The position numbers were made by a program, and so were the translations under genes. A stretch of 46,582 bases of DNA from a virus (lineage: Duplodnaviria > Caudoviricetes). The notes under the pieces were generated by a model. That model saw only the letters and a program-made list of their open reading frames with translations, was not told where the DNA came from and searched no databases. The number at the start of each line of letters is the position of its first letter. Position 1 is the first letter of the stretch. Of this stretch, positions 36,567 through 46,033 are shown piece by piece. The stretch covers positions 1-46,582 of IMG/VR virus record IMGVR_UViG_3300005323_000012. The stretch is one strand, 5' to 3'.

Positions 36567-37056
36567 GCTCTATCAGCTCCAAGAAGCTTTCTGTCGCCTT
36601 TGTGCCACCATCTTCGCCCAGAAGTTCCTGCTTTGTCTTGATTGCCCGGCAGATCTCCGTCGCAGCTCCGTTGAGCATAGTGACGGCAGGCAAGGGAACG
36701 GAAAACTTGTCTTCCAATTCCTTGATCTGTTTGCTCAGGCCGGAATGGATCACGTGCCCGTCCTGGATCAGCTCATCGAGGATCTGGAGGTCAGTGAGTC
36801 GAGCATTGGCGTCCTCGGCAATCTGCTCTTGGCTCTTGTGATATTGCTCCCTGGCTTCAGTTTGGACATTATAATGATTATTGAAGTGTGCGCTCAAGGC
36901 CCGGTCGGAGATCTCAATGCCCATGCCCTTGAGCTTCAGAGAGATGGCTATGAAGTCCATGCCGTCTTTTGTGTGCCAAGCTTCTATCTTAGTGCGGAGA
37001 GGAGAGTTGCATGTCTTACATTTAGTAGAGTAACCGGCTGGCATAAACGATATCAC
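36532..37056 (-). CDS. Terminase small subunit, putative
   Basis: Overlaps the TerL start; CKTC + HTH N-terminus, helical C-terminus. Confidence 0.7.
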   Translation of the reverse strand: MISFMPAGYSTKCKTCNSPLRTKIEAWHTKDGMDFIAISLKLKGMGIEISDRALSAHFNNHYNVQTEAREQYHKSQEQIAEDANARLTDLQILDELIQDGHVIHSGLSKQIKELEDKFSVPLPAVTMLNGAATEICRAIKTKQELLGEDGGTKATESFLELIELAERRAGQDDS

Positions 37057-37092
37057 CGAAGGTTGTCGAAGGATAACGAAGGAAACGAAGGA
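37057..37092. repeat. Four CGAAGG direct repeats upstream of terS
   Basis: CGAAGG-TTGT-CGAAGG-ATAA-CGAAGG-AAA-CGAAGG, about 10-bp period. Confidence 0.7.
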
Positions 37093-37377
37093 ACGGCCTG
37101 GCCGGGATTGATCCAGTCAGAAGAGGCGGGAGGGACCGCCAAAGAAGAAGAACCCGGCCAGGCCGTGTCACGAGGGTGACTATCAGGCTGCCCATCTCGC
37201 GGCAGATGTCCCAGATCCGCTCTTCATGCGGGCAGCCGGTGTATAGGGTATCATCGCAAACGCCGCCCCGAAGCTCAGCGGGTGCGGCGATCCATAGCTT
37301 TTGTGTATTTTGTCATTAGAATTGGCCCGGATGGTAGTGATTGGATGAAGGGAGAAAGACTAAGAGTTCCGGGCCAG
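37093..37377 (-). ncRNA. Cluster of three GC-clamped stem-loops in the non-coding late leader
   Basis: 14-bp ACGGCCTGGCCGGG/CCCGGCCAGGCCGT; 8-bp GGCTGCCC/GGGCAGCC; 9-bp TGGCCCGGA/TCCGGGCCA. Confidence 0.55.
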
Positions 37378-37481
37378 TTGGCTCAATTCAGCTACAGGAG
37401 CCTCTTATCATCGCCGATTATCATTATTATTCGATCAATTCGTTGGCTTCAACAAAATGTTCTCCGATATCGATTATCGAA

Positions 37482-37552
37482 TGGGGTCGGGCGGAGTTGA
37501 ACCGCCCCTCTCCGCAGCCAGTGCGGCGTTTTCCACGGAAAACTTCGCCCCC
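37482..37552 (-). tRNA. Degenerate tRNA-like element (71 nt, 5-nt anticodon loop CUGGC)
   Basis: Acceptor GGGGGCG/CGACCCC-A, D stem GUUU/AAAC, AC stem CCGCA/UGCGG, T arm GGCGG-UUCAACU-CCGCC. Confidence 0.7.
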
Positions 37553-37620
37553 AAGCATTTTCGTGATACCACGAAAATGGTTATGGTTTTAGCCAGCCAC
37601 CTAAAATCAGGCAGAGGCGG

Positions 37621-38037
37621 TCAAACTCTTTCGGCTCGCCCTCGATCCTTAGCCCCTGGCCGGTGACTGTGATTTTTGGGAGCTGCTTTGCGGCCCCCGG
37701 AGCCCATAGGTCGAGGTCTATCGTTCGGTCCGGCATATTCAGCATCTTCCCAATTATAATATTGATAAATTCGTCTACCTTTCGGAAACGGCTCCATTGG
37801 CTTGATTCGCGGCTTGGACTTCACTTCCAGGCCGCATTTCGGACAGAACCTATAATTTCCCGTCAGACATTTGCACTTCGGACAAATCCAGTCTGAAATA
37901 AACGGACGCCCGCCTTCTTTAGGCTGAGAAAGTATTGGAATCCATCCGCCGCTTGTGGGCGTTCCTGGAAAAGTAGATGCCCCTGGCAGATGGTCAGCGA
38001 GTTCAACCTTTTCGGATGCTTGCTCTGACACTAACAT
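37621..38037 (-). CDS. Zinc-ribbon hypothetical protein
   Basis: WICPKC....NYRFCPKCG. Confidence 0.65.
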   Translation of the reverse strand: MLVSEQASEKVELADHLPGASTFPGTPTSGGWIPILSQPKEGGRPFISDWICPKCKCLTGNYRFCPKCGLEVKSKPRIKPMEPFPKGRRIYQYYNWEDAEYAGPNDRPRPMGSGGRKAAPKNHSHRPGAKDRGRAERV

Positions 38038-38039
38038 TA

Positions 38040-38345
38040 TTACCTCCCAATATTATTATTCGCTTTCGGAGTTGCCTGAGAGTCACTCTCACACGTTTCC
38101 CACTTCTTTACGACCCGTATCATTCCTTTTTTTTTCATTCTGTTCATCATGTTTTGGGCTGTTCGGAGATTCAGCCCTAGCGCCTCGGCTACCTCCAGAG
38201 ATGATTCTGGCCGCTCAGTACGTATGAAATCGAGTATCATCCGAGCACCCGATGAGACAGGGCGAGGTGGGCGAGAAGCAGCCTTGCCCCCCCAACTATT
38301 TGCATTTTTCTTCACATATGCGGCCAGCTTCATATCTTCCTCCAT
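38040..38345 (-). CDS. wHTH DNA-binding protein
   Basis: ILDFIR...SSLEVAEALGLNLRTAQNMMNRMKKKGMI. Confidence 0.75.
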   Translation of the reverse strand: MEEDMKLAAYVKKNANSWGGKAASRPPRPVSSGARMILDFIRTERPESSLEVAEALGLNLRTAQNMMNRMKKKGMIRVVKKWETCESDSQATPKANNNIGR

Positions 38346-38563
38346 CGGAGGACGTAGCCCACTTTCGCCCGCTTCTGTGGGCGATGCTTCACACCGGGAT
38401 ATTCGATTACTACCCGATCTACCAGCCCTGCTGCGACCAGCTCATCCAGGTGCTTTCGGGTCAGCTCAGCACCCGCATCCATGCGTTCTCGGCACTGTCG
38501 AACAGTGATGAGTTTTCCTGGCTCCATGACCTCCAAGAAGGCCTTCATAGTGGAGGCCTTCAA
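38330..38563 (-). CDS. wHTH DNA-binding protein
   Basis: TVRQCRERMDAGAELTRKHLDELVAAGLV. Confidence 0.65.
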   Translation of the reverse strand: MKASTMKAFLEVMEPGKLITVRQCRERMDAGAELTRKHLDELVAAGLVDRVVIEYPGVKHRPQKRAKVGYVLRWRKI

Positions 38564-38702
38564 TCGATCACCTCATCCGCACAGGGACAGGCATTCTGCT
38601 TCCACTTCGCCGCACATTCTCCGCATCCTCGCTCATCATCGTATGTGCAGAGCACCGCGGCGGAGGCAGTATCGAGCCGCATCCACCTACATGAGACTAA
38701 GG

Positions 38703-39587
38703 TCATGCCGTCGCCTCCTTCGCTTTCGCCCGACTCTTTCTCGGCTTCGGAGGCCTGAGAACATGCATCGAATCAATCCGGATATTTTGGGAATTGAAGA
38801 GCTGTCGAGCCAGTACATCGCCGATTCCGGCACAATCATTCAGATAGCAGTCATCCGCACAGGGCTCCAGGATCAGTTGGAATTTCTCCAGAATCGCTCT
38901 CGCCTTGGCCGGGCCGATGCCCTTTCCTGTCAGGATGCTGAGGCCTACGGCCCGTCTCTCTCCTTCGGCAGGAGCCGGAGCGAAGCCCGCCAGGTTGCCG
39001 CCTTCCAGGATCTTGCGGACCCTCAGGAGCATTCGCTTGTAGGGATCTGTCTTGAGCCGCCAAACGGGGACTCTCAGGGCGATGCAGTTCGCCTCAAATC
39101 CCTCGACCATCCTGAAGTACTCCATCAGCTTTTCAGGATCGACTCTGTGGCCTCCCTGGGCTCGGCTGGCGGCCTTTCGGATGGCTGCCCCCACATCATT
39201 GTCATCGCCGAGGATAACCACGGCTACGGGCTCCTGACGCTCCCTGGCGGCCAAGATCTGCTCGTAGAGATGGCCCGAGATGATGGAGCTGAGATAGTCG
39301 CTATTGGCATCATCCGAGAAGTCCTTCAGCTCGACATGAAATGGCTTTTCATCGATATATTGACAACAGAATGGCCTGCATACATCCATTCTTGCGTCAC
39401 ATTCTTTCATTTTGTTGCAATTTTCGGAGCAATGTCCGGCAACCACAAACCGCAGGTCGAACGGCAGCTCTCCTGGAGTGTCCAGGAAAAAGCGATCATC
39501 GGCCTCTACAGCCTGCTCGATCTTTGCGGCCCGTGGGCGCATGGCCTCGTTGGTGTCGAGAGAGATGTGGATGGGAAGGAGCTTCAT
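38703..39587 (-). CDS. ERCC4/XPF-family nuclease with HhH motifs (resolvase-like)
   Basis: LDTNE...HVELKD...DYLSSIISGHLYEQ; KGIGPAKARAIL and AGIGDVLARQL HhH. Confidence 0.8.
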   Translation of the reverse strand: MKLLPIHISLDTNEAMRPRAAKIEQAVEADDRFFLDTPGELPFDLRFVVAGHCSENCNKMKECDARMDVCRPFCCQYIDEKPFHVELKDFSDDANSDYLSSIISGHLYEQILAARERQEPVAVVILGDDNDVGAAIRKAASRAQGGHRVDPEKLMEYFRMVEGFEANCIALRVPVWRLKTDPYKRMLLRVRKILEGGNLAGFAPAPAEGERRAVGLSILTGKGIGPAKARAILEKFQLILEPCADDCYLNDCAGIGDVLARQLFNSQNIRIDSMHVLRPPKPRKSRAKAKEATA

Positions 39588-39708
39588 ATCCGCCTCTGAG
39601 GACGCAGATACACTTTCGATCGATTCTCGACCGCAGAGCAGGGCTTCATTTTCCGCATGTAGGCGAACTTGCTCGCCAAAAAGGTGATCGGGAATGCTCG
39701 GAGTCGCT

Positions 39709-40554
39709 TCATCCCCGCACCTCGTATTCGGCCTCTATAGCTTGATCCATCTCGGCCCGATCATAGCAACCCCCCAGATCTGCTGGGAAAGCTTCCCTGA
39801 GCGCCTGCACGAGAGCCACTTTCCTGATCATAGTCGCTGGCATAGTATTCCACAACTTGCGGCCAGTATTGAATTCCTTGAATGACACCTGGGACTTGAA
39901 CGACGTCTTGCGATCCTTCCGCATGACTTCAGCCCAGCCACCCAACAGCTCTTCCTTTGGTAACAGGAACGTACCCTCCCGGTCGAATTCGATCTGTCCG
40001 GCCTCGTTCCTGACTACCACACCCGCCTTGAAACCGTCAAACTGGCCATGCGCCTCGGCTTTCTTTGTGAAGGCCTCTTTGCCTGTGATGATGGATACCT
40101 GTCGTCCGTCCTTGCCTTCAAATATGACCAGGTACGCTTCTTTGGTGATGGGGTTCAGGTGCTTCTCCTGACAGAAGCGCAGGAAGAGCCATGCATCAGC
40201 CTCAGTTGCATTGGGATTGATATACTGGATGATGTCTGTCGGCGTGAGCGCGTCCAGCCCTTTGCCTTGGCCGTTTCTCATTGGAGCCGGTACGTTTGCC
40301 CGTCCAGAAGTTCTGGGGGCCGGATTTGGGGCTCTGACAGGCTCCATGTCCATGATGATCTCAATGAGCTTGTCATGGATCTCCGGATTGTTGCAGTCCA
40401 GCTTTCCCTCCGGGCTGCAGCTCACCTGGACATTGCCTGGCATGATGATGAAGCCCTTCTCATTGCTGCTGCACTCATATTCCGGATGCAGTGACACGAA
40501 GGCCTTTACAGCATCGGCGATTTCCTGTTTTCTCAGGACGCGGGCTGCCATCAC
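39709..40554 (-). CDS. bet: Bet/RecT single-strand annealing recombinase
   Basis: FLRFCQEKHLNPITKEAYLV, GGWAEV.RKDR, W.TMPATMIRKVALVQALREAFP. Confidence 0.92.
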   Translation of the reverse strand: MMAARVLRKQEIADAVKAFVSLHPEYECSSNEKGFIIMPGNVQVSCSPEGKLDCNNPEIHDKLIEIIMDMEPVRAPNPAPRTSGRANVPAPMRNGQGKGLDALTPTDIIQYINPNATEADAWLFLRFCQEKHLNPITKEAYLVIFEGKDGRQVSIITGKEAFTKKAEAHGQFDGFKAGVVVRNEAGQIEFDREGTFLLPKEELLGGWAEVMRKDRKTSFKSQVSFKEFNTGRKLWNTMPATMIRKVALVQALREAFPADLGGCYDRAEMDQAIEAEYEVRG

Positions 40555-41021
40555 TGCTCACCCGAATCGGCTTGCACGGTCGCAGCTGCTTTTTCGAATT
40601 GGCCGAACGTGGTTTTCACCGGCTCACCACCATTCACGGAGATCTCAACTTTTGTGTCTGCGAATTCATGCAAGCCATGATTGATTTGTGCCTGCTTGGC
40701 GGCCTCGGCAAACTCCATCGAGCCGAGCTGTCGGACTTTGAGCCCCTGTTTCGCATAGTCAACTATCTGCAGAAGTGATGCCTCACAGATATGGATTTTT
40801 TCGGCTCGATCTTTCAGCGTGTCCTCCGGCCCTGGCATGTTTTTGATCAGGGAGCCAAGGGCCTCATAGATCATGTCTGTGACCATCCGCATTCCATCTA
40901 TCAGTTCGGGCTCATCTCGCAGGTAGGCCACGGCCCTCTCGATCAGATTGGCCATATCATTGGGGCTTTCCAGGGATCTGGCCGTTCCCAGGAGCGCGAT
41001 TGCTCTATCTTTTCCGTTCAT
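40551..41021 (-). CDS. Hypothetical protein (156 aa)
   Basis: Coupled ORF. Confidence 0.6.
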   Translation of the reverse strand: MNGKDRAIALLGTARSLESPNDMANLIERAVAYLRDEPELIDGMRMVTDMIYEALGSLIKNMPGPEDTLKDRAEKIHICEASLLQIVDYAKQGLKVRQLGSMEFAEAAKQAQINHGLHEFADTKVEISVNGGEPVKTTFGQFEKAAATVQADSGEQ

Positions 41022-41107
41022 TCCTCATCACCCTCCTCTGGATATATGTCTGGCATCGATTCTTCTATGAGCCGGGATCGGCTCTGCCGCTCTTTCTCTG
41101 TCATGGT

Positions 41108-43267
41108 CTATTTCCTCCGATTGACTATATTTTCTAAGCAATTTTGACAATAAATAGAATCGCCCCGCACCCTCTGCCAGCTCGGCGGGAGGGGCAGTCC
41201 GCATATCTCACAGTCCTCCCAGTCGCCCTCTTCGTCCAAATTCCGGCCATCCGGGGCAAAATTGTGGCCACTGGTAGGAGTTGCGAATTTTTTCTCTTTG
41301 TTGGCATCTTGTCTTTGGATCTCGTCTATCTCTTCTTTTGCCGTCTTACCGGAATTTCCAACCAAGTTTTTACCAACATTTTCGATATCAGCGCCGGGTT
41401 CTACCGGGAAAACCCGACTTTTTAACCCCTCCTTATCCCCCCCATATTCACATACTACTCTCTCTACTATTCTCCTTAAAGTAGGTAAAGTAGGTAAACC
41501 TGGTATAGATATCGATTTTCCCGGTTGAACACTGGCAGAATCCCGGTCCATGAACTCGGTGAATGCATCCTCGTTGAACTCGATGCCCCAAAGGACCCGA
41601 ATGAAGCCCAATCCAAACTCTTCTTTTCTTTTTTCTTCCAGCTTCAGGCCTTTGATGGCATAACGATTGAACATTATAGATGATTGCGGAACTGTGTTAA
41701 TTTCTTTGCAGAATACCAGGTATTTTTCATACAACATTGCCTTTCCGGCATACGACCCCGGGTCGAACTCCGCAAACATCTCAAAGAATTCTTCGACCGG
41801 ATTCGACTGCATCTTATATTCAGCCGCCATCGTTTTTCCATCTGCTCTCCTATGGATCTTCTTCTCAGGCAGAACATCTCTTGCCCGGAGGAGGAGCAAA
41901 TTAAGCAGTCCCGACAACTCACTTTGACTGGTTATTTTTTGAATAATGAAAGGATCTCTCTCTCTATCATTCGGCTCCGTGGGATTATCAACGAATCTCC
42001 GGGTGAAATCTATTTTCACTAGCCGCCGCTGGAATGCATAGGAAGAGTCTGCAAACTTCGGTGGATTGTTGGTATCGAAAATGATCAGACACTTTGGGCG
42101 GAATTGAATATGATCCTTGCCTTTCTGGTCGGCATCAATCCTCCCACCGCCTGATATGTATTTGATCCAACGTGACTCTTTAATGTCACCTGAAACCTCC
42201 GAATTGATGAGAAACTTCTTCTTGAAAAGCTCCCTCCGGTCAAATCGGTTTTGGGTCAAGTTAACTAGATCAACTTCTGATATAGTTTCATCACCAAAAA
42301 ACGCTCTTATTAGCTCTTCAGCTATTGTTTTACCATTGCTACCCCCGCCGATTAGGGCGACAAAATATTCGAAAAGCAGATCAGTGCACTTGGCCGTAAT
42401 AATGTCTAGAAAACTGAGAACGTTGTCAATCGATCCTAGAGCAGATCCCATGAATCTTTCTGTCTCAGGGCAAGTCGCGCTGCTATCGAATTTCACAGGT
42501 GATTTGGATGTCAGATAATGGGCCGGATCATGCTCTAAAAATTTTCCAGATAGCATATTTACGACGCCGTTTTCAACGCAAAATAGATACGGATCGGCAT
42601 CGAAAACAGAATAATCTTTCATCGTCCGCAGCACTATTTTTCGGTGAGTCTCTGAAGCAGCGCGAGAATTATACAGATCGCCCACCATTCGATCCAAAAC
42701 CTGATCTACAAATACCTCCCCATCTGGCTTATAGATCCCATCTCGATATATCCATATCCGCTCGTCAGGCGTCGAAACCATGTGATATTCTTTGATCAGT
42801 GCTGCCGCTGCCTTGTCCGGGCTGAATTTTACGGACTGATCCCCGTTCTTTTTGGCACTTATCTCACAGACATCCTCTACCCTGATATGTGGGGCATCTT
42901 GCCAAGCCCGCGCCGGCCTGCCGCCTCTAGGATAATTACAATGTCCTTCTTCGCAGTATTTTCCTGCAGCCACCCTCAGCACATCACAGTTCAACCTTGT
43001 ACCATCTGCATATGTGGCCTCGATGAGCTGTGAAAGGGCATCTTGCGCGGGCCGGACGACCAGCCGCGCTGACCAATCCCAAAGGATCCTTTTCGCATCG
43101 GCCTTCCCGACTCCGGCGTCTCTGAAAAACGCTGCATAAGCCTGTAGTAGCAAGCGGGCCGAATCAGCATCATTGGCAGAAGGATATTCCCATGTCTCGG
43201 CCAGGCAGATCGGCATCTTCTGCTCATCATGGCCTGCTAATTCGGGAAGAAGGGCTAGTTCTTGCAT
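41108..43267 (-). CDS. D5/P4-family SF3 helicase with N-terminal Cys-containing PriL-CTD-like domain (probable start MQELALL)
   Basis: D5_N (CVENGVVNM...HDPAHYLT), Walker A GGGSNGKT, KYISGGGRI..D.KGK, TNNPP, AFQRRL. Confidence 0.88.
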   Translation of the reverse strand: MQELALLPELAGHDEQKMPICLAETWEYPSANDADSARLLLQAYAAFFRDAGVGKADAKRILWDWSARLVVRPAQDALSQLIEATYADGTRLNCDVLRVAAGKYCEEGHCNYPRGGRPARAWQDAPHIRVEDVCEISAKKNGDQSVKFSPDKAAAALIKEYHMVSTPDERIWIYRDGIYKPDGEVFVDQVLDRMVGDLYNSRAASETHRKIVLRTMKDYSVFDADPYLFCVENGVVNMLSGKFLEHDPAHYLTSKSPVKFDSSATCPETERFMGSALGSIDNVLSFLDIITAKCTDLLFEYFVALIGGGSNGKTIAEELIRAFFGDETISEVDLVNLTQNRFDRRELFKKKFLINSEVSGDIKESRWIKYISGGGRIDADQKGKDHIQFRPKCLIIFDTNNPPKFADSSYAFQRRLVKIDFTRRFVDNPTEPNDRERDPFIIQKITSQSELSGLLNLLLLRARDVLPEKKIHRRADGKTMAAEYKMQSNPVEEFFEMFAEFDPGSYAGKAMLYEKYLVFCKEINTVPQSSIMFNRYAIKGLKLEEKRKEEFGLGFIRVLWGIEFNEDAFTEFMDRDSASVQPGKSISIPGLPTLPTLRRIVERVVCEYGGDKEGLKSRVFPVEPGADIENVGKNLVGNSGKTAKEEIDEIQRQDANKEKKFATPTSGHNFAPDGRNLDEEGDWEDCEICGLPLPPSWQRVRGDSIYCQNCLENIVNRRK

Positions 43268-43419
43268 GTCTTCCGCCTCTCCGAGCCCCGGAGCTTCCGG
43301 GCCTTCCAGGCGCTTGTGCCGTCTGCCCTCGGAAACTGGCATTTCTCCTGGCTTTCGGTGACGAAGCATGAATGATTCCTGCACCGCCTGAACCAGTCAC
43401 AGCCGCCGCAAATACTCAT
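43255..43419 (-). CDS. Small Cys-rich protein (MSICGGCDWFRRC...)
   Basis: ATGA overlap with the helicase stop. Confidence 0.45.
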   Translation of the reverse strand: MSICGGCDWFRRCRNHSCFVTESQEKCQFPRADGTSAWKARKLRGSERRKTCKN

Positions 43420-44957
43420 TTCGCCCAAGCCTCCAGGGACATCTCGGTAGGTTTTCGCAAGGCCGCCACGAACCAGGGCTGAAAGAGCTTCCTGGATCTG
43501 TTGAAAAATCCTTGCCACGACGAGTCGAGGATATAGGTCTCTGAAAAGTCATCCACCGAGCGGGTACATCGGCCTGCTGCCTGCATGACAGCCACGGCGG
43601 CATGCATATTGTACCGCTTGTAGTTGTCCCGCTCATTCCTGGCCTTGACAAACTCATCCCCAATATTTTCGAAGGGAACCTTGGCGATAATATTCAGAGG
43701 ATAGTCAGGCCCCTTGAGATCCAGGCCTTCCTCGAAGTTGACGCTCAGGAAGATGGCCTGCCTTGCTGCCAGGAACTTGTTTTTCGAACCTTCCCGTTCC
43801 TTCTGATCTTGCAGGATGCAATATTTCCGGACGGATGATGGCATGTTGTCATGGAGCATCCTGGCGATGACGTAGGCCCCGCAATGGACCATCGTCTTCT
43901 TCCCGAATTTCTGATGTAGGTCGGCGATAGCTGCGGCCATCTTCGGCGCGGTCTGCTGCCGCTCCTTGAAATTCATCGAACCCACAGGCCGATAGTAGCA
44001 GAGCCTCTTCTCGACGGGAATGGGATGCTGTATTATGACGGGCTTGTAGTCGTCAGTGATGATGCTCGTTGCCGGCGTTCCGGATGCCAGCACGCAGAGA
44101 TCCAGATGTTCGACCAGATCTCGGAACTCGGACCTGCCGTCGAGGAGCCTAAACCTTCTCTCTTTGTCGATAATATAGGGGTGCTGCTTTTCGATATGAC
44201 CTAAGACTTTTGCCGTCTTCCTGGCCTCTCGCTCTGCGAAATTCTTAGCCTTCATGAGCTGAGCAATCCGGCCCCAATCATCGCCCGCCCCATCGATCTT
44301 GGTGTCCAGCTCTGCGGCTTCTTTCTCCAGATCATGATAGTACAGGGTCAGGCTGGGAACCAGGTCCTCAAGGTCAATCCGCTCGACAAGCGTCAACGTC
44401 GCCCGGTCGATGAGGGTCTTTTCGATGCCCGCACTCTCATCGACTAATAGCACCGTTGTCTCGTCATGGACCGCTCCACCCATTTGGTATCGGGCCAGGG
44501 TCGTGGCCCCAAAATCTCGGGCCATGAACTTCGCATAGGCCTTGTGATACTCACACATGCCACATGCCGGATTCTTGCCGATTGCATCTCGCCACGTCTC
44601 GAAAGGACAATCATCGGCGCTCTGCCACCCGCCCGTAGCTTCCCTAAGCACCTGGCATGGATAGTTCCGCTTGCCCTTTAGGACCGGCATTTTTTCGAAC
44701 GCTTTAGTCTCCTGGAGCTGGTTGACCAATGCCACAAGTGGCGTCGTATAGACGACCCGACCCACCTGCAACTCTTCGGCCAGGACCCGGCCCAGGACGA
44801 ATAGGTCTAAGCTCTTCCCTGCAGCCGTCGGAGCATTCAGCTCGACGACCTTCTGCCCGGCGTCTCGAAGCTCCAGGATCTGATTGATTGCTTCAGCCTG
44901 TCCTGGCTGGAAGGAAGGATACGGATTGTATTGCTGAATCTCGATCATCCCATCCAC
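43416..44957 (-). CDS. DinG/XPD-family SF2 helicase with Fe-S cysteines
   Basis: APTAAGKS, LKGKRNYPC..C..C..C, VDES, SGT, EGLDL, QAAGRCTRS.DD. Confidence 0.9.
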   Translation of the reverse strand: MDGMIEIQQYNPYPSFQPGQAEAINQILELRDAGQKVVELNAPTAAGKSLDLFVLGRVLAEELQVGRVVYTTPLVALVNQLQETKAFEKMPVLKGKRNYPCQVLREATGGWQSADDCPFETWRDAIGKNPACGMCEYHKAYAKFMARDFGATTLARYQMGGAVHDETTVLLVDESAGIEKTLIDRATLTLVERIDLEDLVPSLTLYYHDLEKEAAELDTKIDGAGDDWGRIAQLMKAKNFAEREARKTAKVLGHIEKQHPYIIDKERRFRLLDGRSEFRDLVEHLDLCVLASGTPATSIITDDYKPVIIQHPIPVEKRLCYYRPVGSMNFKERQQTAPKMAAAIADLHQKFGKKTMVHCGAYVIARMLHDNMPSSVRKYCILQDQKEREGSKNKFLAARQAIFLSVNFEEGLDLKGPDYPLNIIAKVPFENIGDEFVKARNERDNYKRYNMHAAVAVMQAAGRCTRSVDDFSETYILDSSWQGFFNRSRKLFQPWFVAALRKPTEMSLEAWAK

Positions 44958-45069
44958 TCCCGCAACTTCTGGATAGCGGCCTCAATGTTCTCCAGCGCTT
45001 TCGGGTGGTAGTTCCTCTCGGTGGCCAGCTCCCGTATGCGCTGCTCAGGATTCTCGCGCTGCCTGGTGT

Positions 45070-45225
45070 TCATATTACCGCCTGTGCTATCGTGCCATTT
45101 ATAAAAGTGACAATTCCATCACATGTCACATCTGATACTCCCCAAACTCCGATATGTGACGCAAGATAATAAGCGGCCTGATGGATATCGGCAAAATTGA
45201 GGCTGCTGAGGTCTATGATCATTCG
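45070..45225 (-). CDS. Hypothetical protein
   Basis: Coupled small ORF. Confidence 0.4.
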   Translation of the reverse strand, partial: RMIIDLSSLNFADIHQAAYYLASHIGVWGVSDVTCDGIVTFINGTIAQAVI

Positions 45226-45425
45226 CATCCCTCCAGCTTCATCCAGGCCCGATGCTTCAGCCAATGGCAGCAATCCTCATAGCTGCCGGATGCCTGGTAA
45301 GCTTCCCACAGGCACAGCGGCTCGTAGCAATCTTGCTCCTCGATGGACTCGCCTGCGATTGCTGCCGTGCAGATGATCATCTCCAGGCAGGTGCAGCCAG
45401 TAGAAGCGTGCTTGCAGGGCATCAT
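45219..45425 (-). CDS. Small Cys-rich hypothetical protein
   Basis: MMPCKHASTGCTCLEMIIC... Confidence 0.45.
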   Translation of the reverse strand: MMPCKHASTGCTCLEMIICTAAIAGESIEEQDCYEPLCLWEAYQASGSYEDCCHWLKHRAWMKLEGCE

Positions 45426-45671
45426 TTCCGCGCCCTCCTCGATAGTCTTTTTCCTGCAAGCCAAATCTCGTCTCGCTTCGGCACGTAGTGCTTCGGAAAA
45501 ATGATGAGCGGGCCGAGCCAGATCCGGACGGGCTGCTCGATTCTCATCCTCATTGTTTTTTCACCCCGTCCTCGACAACTTTCCAATTTTTCTTATGCAC
45601 CGGATGTGTGCGGAAAAGCATCTCTCGCCTGGCCTGCACGCATTCAGGGCAGCAGCACTGGACATGAGCGC

Positions 45672-45869
45672 TCATTTCGGCATCTCCCGAATTCCCGTCA
45701 GGCACATGATCATATCTGCTGCCAGGCCGAGCCCGCGCTCGTACTCGGCGATCTTGGCATCCCGCTTCGCGATCTCCTCCAGCAGCCGGTCGCGATCTGC
45801 CAAAAGTTCTTTGTACAGATCAGCGACGGGAATGTTGCCGGTCTGGAGAGCTTGCATAGCGGCGCTCAT
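45672..45869 (-). CDS. Coiled-coil hypothetical protein
   Basis: MSAAMQAL...LLADRDRLLEEIAKRDAKIAEYE. Confidence 0.5.
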   Translation of the reverse strand: MSAAMQALQTGNIPVADLYKELLADRDRLLEEIAKRDAKIAEYERGLGLAADMIMCLTGIREMPK

Positions 45870-46033
45870 GGTTGCCTCTCCCTGACGACGCCTTCCACAT
45901 TGTAGCCACAATGCGGGCAGTCGTAGTCATATTCATAGAATCCAAGCTGCCCGTGGGCGTCTTCTGGATTCATAGGAGTCGCTTCGAACGAGATCTCCCC
46001 ATTGCAATTCGGACACGGGCCGGTGAGCTTCAC
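45866..46033 (-). CDS. Zinc-ribbon micro-protein
   Basis: CPNC...CPHC. Confidence 0.55.
   Translation of the reverse strand: MKLTGPCPNCNGEISFEATPMNPEDAHGQLGFYEYDYDCPHCGYNVEGVVRERQP

Noticed and set aside
38481-39599. 372-aa + strand ORF
   Set aside because: Antisense shadow of the ERCC4 nuclease gene
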